Positions 57,971-64,000 of a DNA stretch of 64,000 nt are shown piece after piece (within the stretch, counting starts at the first letter, position 1; each line of letters starts with the position of its first letter). The stretch is from a virus: IMG/VR virus record IMGVR_UViG_3300032435_000001; one strand, 5' to 3'. The position numbers and the translations under genes were made by a program. The notes under the pieces were generated by a model. The model was not told the origin of the DNA and did not search any database. It was given only the letters and a program-made list of their open reading frames with translations.

Positions 57971-60746
57971 CATCAACCCCTTCTATTAACACTTCCATGA
58001 ACTCATTTATAATATCATCATCATTAAACGCAACATTACCCATAATTGTATTTATTATTTTAGTTTTATTTTTAATTGTATACCACATTCTAGTTGATAC
58101 GGTATCAGCGAATAATTGATAGTATACCGATACATTATTTGTTTGTCCAATTCTATACGCTCTATCTTCGGCTTGTTCGTTGTTTCCTGGTACCCAATCG
58201 AATGAGTTAAAGATAACAACACTACCAGCGGTTAGAGTTATCCCAACACCAGCTGATTTTATATTACCAATAAACACATTTATTTTAGGGTTATCTTGGA
58301 AACTATCGATTGAGTTTTGTTTACCCTTAGCATTCATAGGGCCATTATGTACAACACATTCTTTTCCGAACTTATCAGCTAATTCCATCAACTCATCTGT
58401 GAATGTTGTGAATATGATAACCTTTTGACCTTGGTCTATCGCATTTTTAGCTAATTCAATTGTTTGGGGAATTGCTTCCATTGCTATGAATTTCCTAAGT
58501 AGGATTAATTCAACCATGTCTTTCTCCACCTTACCTCGTTTTTTAGCTATTTTCCTCTCTTCTAAGTACTCTTCCCACAAATTATTGTATTCAGCCAGCC
58601 CATTCTTATCTAGTTGGTGAAATAGGGTTGTAATCGTTTTATCGGGCATATCTAAAACATCATTTTTTTTCCTCATTAAAATAAGGTTTCTAGTTCTAAC
58701 TGATAATTCCTCTAAATTAGAAGCTCCATTAGTAATCCAAATTTTCTTATTTTTACCACCGTATTTATTCCCTTGGAAAATTTGTTTACCTTCACAATAT
58801 CTCTTAACAAAAAACATCCAATTATCAGCGATTGGTGCTTTAATTAGTTTTAATAAATTAAAATAATCCATTGGTCTATTAGCTATTGGGGTTCCAGATA
58901 ATAACCACACTTTCTTAACATTATGGTTAACACATAAATCAACCATAATCTCACCTCTAATTGATTTATGGTTCTTTAAATTGTGGGCCTCATCGATTAT
59001 GACTAAATCAAAATGTGAATTTACCAAATGTCTATGGAAAACAGCTGTGGGGTCCTCCTCTTTACTAATTTTTTTCTCACCCAATGTATGGAAATTCTTT
59101 AAAATATCGTAGTTTATAATTGTGAATTTACTAGAATCCCATTTCCTACCACTAACAATGGCGGTTTCATCACAAAAACAATTAATTTCCCTCTCCCAAT
59201 TAATTTTAACTGACGATGGACAAACTATTAATATTTTTTTAGCTCCACTCTCTAAAGCTGAAACTACTGACATATATGTGTTATGCGTTACAATAGCATG
59301 GTTTAATGTGAATAATGAATCCTCAGCATCAACTTTAATACAAGTACTATCACCACCACCAATAGATTCAATATTCTTAATGTACCTACCCACCTTATGT
59401 TTTTTAGATGTATTATACTCATCCGATTTCATTTTAAATCTAAATGGGTTCATATCTTCTGGTAATTTAATATTCAACCTATAAGCTAGTTTACATAATA
59501 CTTTAGTCCCATCTTCTTTTTTATATGACCCAATTTTACTACTTTTCTTAACAATACCACCCAAACTATGAACAATTTCAGCAATGTCATCAACTAATTG
59601 TTCTGACACACTGCAATATTTAACACCACTAAAATTACCATTCTTAGATTTCACACAATGACCATCAATATCCATAAGACCTTGTAGGGTTGATAACCTA
59701 TCTTCTATATTAGAGTATTTAAACACATCTGGGATGAATTTAGTGTGTGATAACGTAACATCACCATAACCTAGAGATACCCCTAATAAATAAGGTTCGA
59801 TTGGTAATGAATATTCATTTTCAAATTCGATTGGTTTAACAATCGGAATTTGCCATTTAGAATCACCATTTTTTACCTTATAATAGGTTTTAAATTTATA
59901 TGGTCGTTTTTCATTCAACCCAAAACCCTTCTGTTCTAATTCTAAATTCTCATCTAACATTTGTTCAATGGTTAGATTAGCATATCTAACACTACCATTA
60001 CGAGATGTTACCGTCCACATATGTTCTTTACAACAAGTAGTAGAATAACCATCATTAAATGTTACTTTAAAAATTTCTTTTTTAGGTTGTGGGTGAACTT
60101 CAAGAACTTTAGTTTTCTTACCGTCAGAACCTATTACATAATCACCAACTTTTAACTCACCCATTTTAACTTTCCCTGTAGGTGTATACACTAATTCTGA
60201 GGTACTTACACATTTCCCTAACCCCATATCATCAGCTAAAACACAACCATCTCTAGATAATAAAAACTTAATACCTTCTTTTTGATGTTCGTAAGGTGTT
60301 CTACTTTTAGTATCTAATTCTACGTATTTATCGAAATCCACATCAATATCAACTGATTCAAAATATGGGTCATCAATAACCATAGTTTTAGGTAACCAAT
60401 ACATCTTAGAATTTTCTTGATTCCTAGTTAATTTACCATAAACATGATAAGCTTTTTCGGTGTCGGCTAACATAAATTCAACCAATATTTTAGTTGGAAG
60501 GAAGCTTAATTCCAAATCTTTTTGTAGTTGTTGACCTAGGAAAGTTGAGAATTCAATAATCCTATTAATTAACAATGGTTCTTTATCATGAAAGTTAGTT
60601 ATGTAATCAACTTGCTTTTCAGTTAAACTTATTTTATTATTTTTAACTAGTTGACCCTTTAGTTTCCTTAGATAAGGGTTTTTACCAGAATACTCCTCTA
60701 GTATCACTAAAGCTGAACGACTTTTAAGGAAATTTATATCAATCAA
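57960..60746 (-). CDS. SNF2-family (SMARCAL1-like) helicase with intein; about 617 aa spliced
   Basis: LADDMGLGK|T, IIDEAH, LSGTP, AGVGITLT, QAEDRAYRIGQ. Confidence 0.93.
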   Translation of the reverse strand: MIDINFLKSRSALVILEEYSGKNPYLRKLKGQLVKNNKISLTEKQVDYITNFHDKEPLLINRIIEFSTFLGQQLQKDLELSFLPTKILVEFMLADTEKAYHVYGKLTRNQENSKMYWLPKTMVIDDPYFESVDIDVDFDKYVELDTKSRTPYEHQKEGIKFLLSRDGCVLADDMGLGKCVSTSELVYTPTGKVKMGELKVGDYVIGSDGKKTKVLEVHPQPKKEIFKVTFNDGYSTTCCKEHMWTVTSRNGSVRYANLTIEQMLDENLELEQKGFGLNEKRPYKFKTYYKVKNGDSKWQIPIVKPIEFENEYSLPIEPYLLGVSLGYGDVTLSHTKFIPDVFKYSNIEDRLSTLQGLMDIDGHCVKSKNGNFSGVKYCSVSEQLVDDIAEIVHSLGGIVKKSSKIGSYKKEDGTKVLCKLAYRLNIKLPEDMNPFRFKMKSDEYNTSKKHKVGRYIKNIESIGGGDSTCIKVDAEDSLFTLNHAIVTHNTYMSVVSALESGAKKILIVCPSSVKINWEREINCFCDETAIVSGRKWDSSKFTIINYDILKNFHTLGEKKISKEEDPTAVFHRHLVNSHFDLVIIDEAHNLKNHKSIRGEIMVDLCVNHNVKKVWLLSGTPIANRPMDYFNLLKLIKAPIADNWMFFVKRYCEGKQIFQGNKYGGKNKKIWITNGASNLEELSVRTRNLILMRKKNDVLDMPDKTITTLFHQLDKNGLAEYNNLWEEYLEERKIAKKRGKVEKDMVELILLRKFIAMEAIPQTIELAKNAIDQGQKVIIFTTFTDELMELADKFGKECVVHNGPMNAKGKQNSIDSFQDNPKINVFIGNIKSAGVGITLTAGSVVIFNSFDWVPGNNEQAEDRAYRIGQTNNVSVYYQLFADTVSTRMWYTIKNKTKIINTIMGNVAFNDDDIINEFMEVLIEGVDDES
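59280..60212 (-). mobile_element. Intein in SNF2 Walker A (311 aa, degenerate LAGLIDADG)
   Basis: LGK|CVSTSELVYTPTG ... EHMW ... STCIKVD ... IVTHN|TY. Confidence 0.93.
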
Positions 60747-60780
60747 TTGTAAAATTTTAATTTTATATTATAATTATTAA

Positions 60781-60825
60781 AATATAAGCATTTTTTTTGA
60801 ATAAGTAAATTTTTATACTATTTAT
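60781..60825. promoter_or_regulatory. Divergent promoters: class II for SNF2 (minus) and late TATTTAT for the neck gene (plus)
   Basis: TTTACT-N17-TATATT at 60809-60781; TATTTAT at 60819-60825. Confidence 0.6.
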
Positions 60826-60837
60826 ATTAAAAAGAAT

Positions 60838-61356
60838 ATGGATAAGAAGAAAATACCTATTAATAGAAATAATAAATTTTTTTCACAAGAAGATTTTAAT
60901 TTAGAAATCTCTATGGGTCGTGAGTCTATTGAGGGTGATGGTAATTTTACTGTAATACTTTATAGAGTTGATATTGAGAATACGCAAAGTGATGATATTT
61001 ATAATGAAGCGTCTAAGAATAATATTAATTTTTACCCACCACAAGAATTATACGTACAACCAATATTAGGGGAATCCGAAAATAAAACTTACACTAATCA
61101 AGGTAGTGGTAGGTATTTACAAGATGGTGTTCTATCTTTTGGTATATATGTCGCACAACTAGAAGAATTAGATATTGATATAAGTTATGGTGATTACATT
61201 GGTTATGCTGTTAGCGAGACAAATATAAGGTATTATTCAGTATCTAATGATGGGCGTAAAAATTATGATAATGGTCACACTATCATGGGTTATAAGGGTT
61301 ACTATAGAACAATAACCGCATCACCTATTGATGAGGATGAATTTAACGGATTTTAA
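60838..61356 (+). CDS. Head-closure/neck protein (gp14-like)
   Basis: V.LYRVD...T..D.IY.E, GDYI.Y, YY.V. Confidence 0.6.
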   Translation: MDKKKIPINRNNKFFSQEDFNLEISMGRESIEGDGNFTVILYRVDIENTQSDDIYNEASKNNINFYPPQELYVQPILGESENKTYTNQGSGRYLQDGVLSFGIYVAQLEELDIDISYGDYIGYAVSETNIRYYSVSNDGRKNYDNGHTIMGYKGYYRTITASPIDEDEFNGF

Positions 61357-61358
61357 TT

Positions 61359-62387
61359 ATGGGATTACCTAATGGTTTTAAAAAAAATATTAAAATATCA
61401 CCACAGAAAGTTGGACCTGAAAGGAGACAAGAGATTTTAAGTGATATAGCTAATAAAGGTACTTATTTACCAGAAGGTATTAACTATGAGGATATGGATG
61501 AGGCTTTCGTTAAGTACATTAAGGATGAATTTAATGTAACCGTTAATGGTGAGGAAGTTCCAGTTTTATTCTTAACAATACAAAGATGGGCTGAGTTTAG
61601 TAAGACTTGGAAATTTACCGATTCTAATAAAGACATTAAGTTACCATTTATTAGTATAGTTAGAAAACCAAATATTCAAGTGGGTACCAATCAAGTTGGT
61701 TTCTACAACATACCAGGTCGAAGAACCTACACATATGTTAAAGTACCAACTTTTAAAGGTGGGAGAAATGGTATGGATGTGTATAAGATACCACAACCAA
61801 CCTCAGTAGATGTTGGTTATGAGGTTAGGTTATTCTGTAATAGAATGTCAGATTTAAATATATTAAACTCTAAGATGCACTTAAAATATCAATCTATACA
61901 ACATTATATAAATATAAAAGGCCACCCAATACCAACCGTTTTGGAAGAAGTGGGTGATGAAAGTCCAATTGAAGATTTTGAGAATAGGCGTTTTTACGTT
62001 CAGTTATTTGAAATACTAATGATGGGTTATATTTTAAATGAGGATGATTATGAGGTTGTACCAGCATTTAATAGAGCCGTATTACTAAATGAATTAGTTG
62101 AAGGTAGAGTGTTACCTAGATTTAAAACTAGTAAGGATGGAGCGTCTACTGTTTACGAGTTTATATTTAAATGTGAGACAATAAATGATTTTAATTTTAC
62201 TGCAACGCAAAATATTGATTTTTATGCTGTAACTGACGCTAAGAATATTGATTGTATCGATTATTACGTTAATAACGTTAAACTTGATTTACCATTTTCA
62301 ATTGTTAGTGGTGATTCTGTGTATATAGTTATAGAAAGAGATTCAAATAATGAAAGTAAATTTAAATTAATTGGTACTAATGAATAA
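61359..62387 (+). CDS. Tail terminator/completion-like protein (gp15-like)
   Basis: D.AF..Y, VPV.F....RW, LP.I.I.R, P..VDV.YEV. Confidence 0.5.
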   Translation: MGLPNGFKKNIKISPQKVGPERRQEILSDIANKGTYLPEGINYEDMDEAFVKYIKDEFNVTVNGEEVPVLFLTIQRWAEFSKTWKFTDSNKDIKLPFISIVRKPNIQVGTNQVGFYNIPGRRTYTYVKVPTFKGGRNGMDVYKIPQPTSVDVGYEVRLFCNRMSDLNILNSKMHLKYQSIQHYINIKGHPIPTVLEEVGDESPIEDFENRRFYVQLFEILMMGYILNEDDYEVVPAFNRAVLLNELVEGRVLPRFKTSKDGASTVYEFIFKCETINDFNFTATQNIDFYAVTDAKNIDCIDYYVNNVKLDLPFSIVSGDSVYIVIERDSNNESKFKLIGTNE

Positions 62388-62784
62388 AATTTTTATTATT
62401 GATAATTGTAACTTACCAGCACCAACGGATATTTGCCCAATAAAAGCGAATAGTATAACCGCATGTGATAGTGATAATAGTATATTATTAACTAGCGGTG
62501 CTACTATATTCAATAAAACAATTATAATTGAAGACATAACAATAAACGGTAGTTTAAATACCGATATAATACCTAAAATTAATGACACGTTAGAGTTAGG
62601 TAGCCCAATAAAAAGATTTAGAGGTATAAACACATATAGTGGTACTACCACAATATGGAATGTAAATGAGGTTGTTAACACACCAGAAGTAAATTTAGGT
62701 GTGGACTCGTTAGGTATTTCTAGGGTTTTGAACGCTAATAACTCAATATTAGAAAACGATTATTTAATTGGTGGTACTTATTAA
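62371..62784 (+). CDS. Small virion protein (the ATG at 62380 may be the true start)
   Basis: DIIP.....ELGSP.KRF motif, SGxT motifs, C-terminal GGTY. Confidence 0.6.
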   Translation: MVLMNKIFIIDNCNLPAPTDICPIKANSITACDSDNSILLTSGATIFNKTIIIEDITINGSLNTDIIPKINDTLELGSPIKRFRGINTYSGTTTIWNVNEVVNTPEVNLGVDSLGISRVLNANNSILENDYLIGGTY

Positions 62785-62817
62785 TAATGATAATATATTT
62801 ATATAAAAATAGAATAA

Positions 62818-64000
62818 ATGGGAATTAGAAACGCTAAATTAATTATTAAAAATAGTGATATCGTAAATAGACCTTTACCATCAACATTATTAGCTGGTGA
62901 GGCTATTGTAAACACTGCCGAAGGTATAATGTACTTATCAGGTGTGACGACATCTACGAATAATTGGACACCAGCTGGTGTTGGTCCTAACGCCAATTTC
63001 TTTGAGGTAGGTTCCAACCTTTATGACTTACAACTTAGAAATAAGATAACTAAATATGAAGGTGTTAGTGGTAGTGGTTTAGTAGATAAAATCTTAATTG
63101 GTACTGCTAATGGTTTTGTTCTAAATGATATATCAAACATTGGTGATTTAATTGATTCATATATAAGTGGTGGTACTTTTAGTAATACAACAAAGATATT
63201 AACCTTAACATCTAATTTAGGGAAACCAGATGTTAATATTGGTGGGTTTGTAGATACTTTCACAACTGGTAGTACCCTAGTTGGTAATCAATTATCATTT
63301 GATACCAATACCACTTTAAGTGCTTACACAGTTGATTTATCCAACTTAGCAACAGTTGATACATATGTAACTAGTTTAACTTACAATAACAGTTTACTAA
63401 CCTTAAATCAAAATCAAGGGCAAACACCTTTAAATATAGTAATTGACTCTGTGTCGGGTTTAACCGTTGGGAATTTAGTTAATGGTAGAGTTGTTTATGT
63501 TGGTGCGTCAGGTAATTTAGTTGATGAAGCTGGTTTTGAATATAACCCAAATACCAATACATTTTTAGCTGGTAATATTATCACTTCAACAACTGGATTT
63601 GCAAATGTAGGTGATGGTGGTTTAGTAGTTGGTTCTGGTGGTAGTCCTACCAACCCAGGGGTTGGTAATGTTGTTATTCATGGTAATTTAACTATTTTTG
63701 GTGATGCGATTACTGCATCAACTAGTGAGTTATACATTGAGGATAATAGAATTACTTTAAATTACAACCCAACAACTAACACTAATATTAGTTCATTAGG
63801 TTCTGGGTTTGAGATTCAAGATGGTGATGGTAATAGTAGTATGCTTACATTTAAAGTAGCGGAACTTAACACTTTTAATAATATTGAATACCCATCAAAC
63901 ATTGGTGCTAGTAATAGAAGTTATTACACTAATTTGAATGATATTATAATTAGACAAGTAACGGACACATCATCCCCAACAGTTGGTAATATAGGTAAAA
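62818..64000 (+). CDS. 5' part of a long fibre-like virion protein (runs off the window; not in ORF track)
   Basis: MGIRNAKLIIKNS...LLAGEAIVNTAEG; repeats DSYISGGTF/DTFTTGSTL/DTYVTSLTY; IED..I.LN; late motif upstream. Confidence 0.75.
   Translation, partial: MGIRNAKLIIKNSDIVNRPLPSTLLAGEAIVNTAEGIMYLSGVTTSTNNWTPAGVGPNANFFEVGSNLYDLQLRNKITKYEGVSGSGLVDKILIGTANGFVLNDISNIGDLIDSYISGGTFSNTTKILTLTSNLGKPDVNIGGFVDTFTTGSTLVGNQLSFDTNTTLSAYTVDLSNLATVDTYVTSLTYNNSLLTLNQNQGQTPLNIVIDSVSGLTVGNLVNGRVVYVGASGNLVDEAGFEYNPNTNTFLAGNIITSTTGFANVGDGGLVVGSGGSPTNPGVGNVVIHGNLTIFGDAITASTSELYIEDNRITLNYNPTTNTNISSLGSGFEIQDGDGNSSMLTFKVAELNTFNNIEYPSNIGASNRSYYTNLNDIIIRQVTDTSSPTVGNIGK

Overview
This is an AT-rich (~29% GC by eye), densely coding segment of a large T4-like tailed phage (jumbo-phage type). 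The host is probably Bacteroidota/Flavobacteriia: leaders are A-rich without Shine-Dalgarno sites, TAnnTTTG boxes are present, and GATC appears to be avoided. The window holds thyA, a head module (TerL, portal, prohead protease, scaffold, major capsid protein, many acidic head-internal proteins), baseplate, neck and fibre genes, a gp55-like sigma factor, and a glycan locus (six glycosyltransferases, a frameshifted KpsS/C-like gene, an O-acetyltransferase). It also has PhoH, dUTPase, a GH19 lysin, family B DNA polymerase, glutaredoxin and an SNF2 helicase. Seven inteins interrupt five essential genes. Main leads: (1) a portal intein that starts with Pro and has Cys at F4 but lacks the rest of the class 3 WCT signature; (2) a recurrent [S/T]-G-x-[T/S] motif in exterior virion proteins next to the glycosyltransferase locus, a candidate virion glycosylation system; (3) parallel loss of the first catalytic acidic residue in all five LAGLIDADG intein endonucleases; (4) a candidate -1 frameshift fusing two head proteins; (5) capsid-targeting-like leaders on stand-alone WYL and ParB-like proteins; (6) two distinct promoter classes. 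All calls come from reading motifs by eye; no searches were run.
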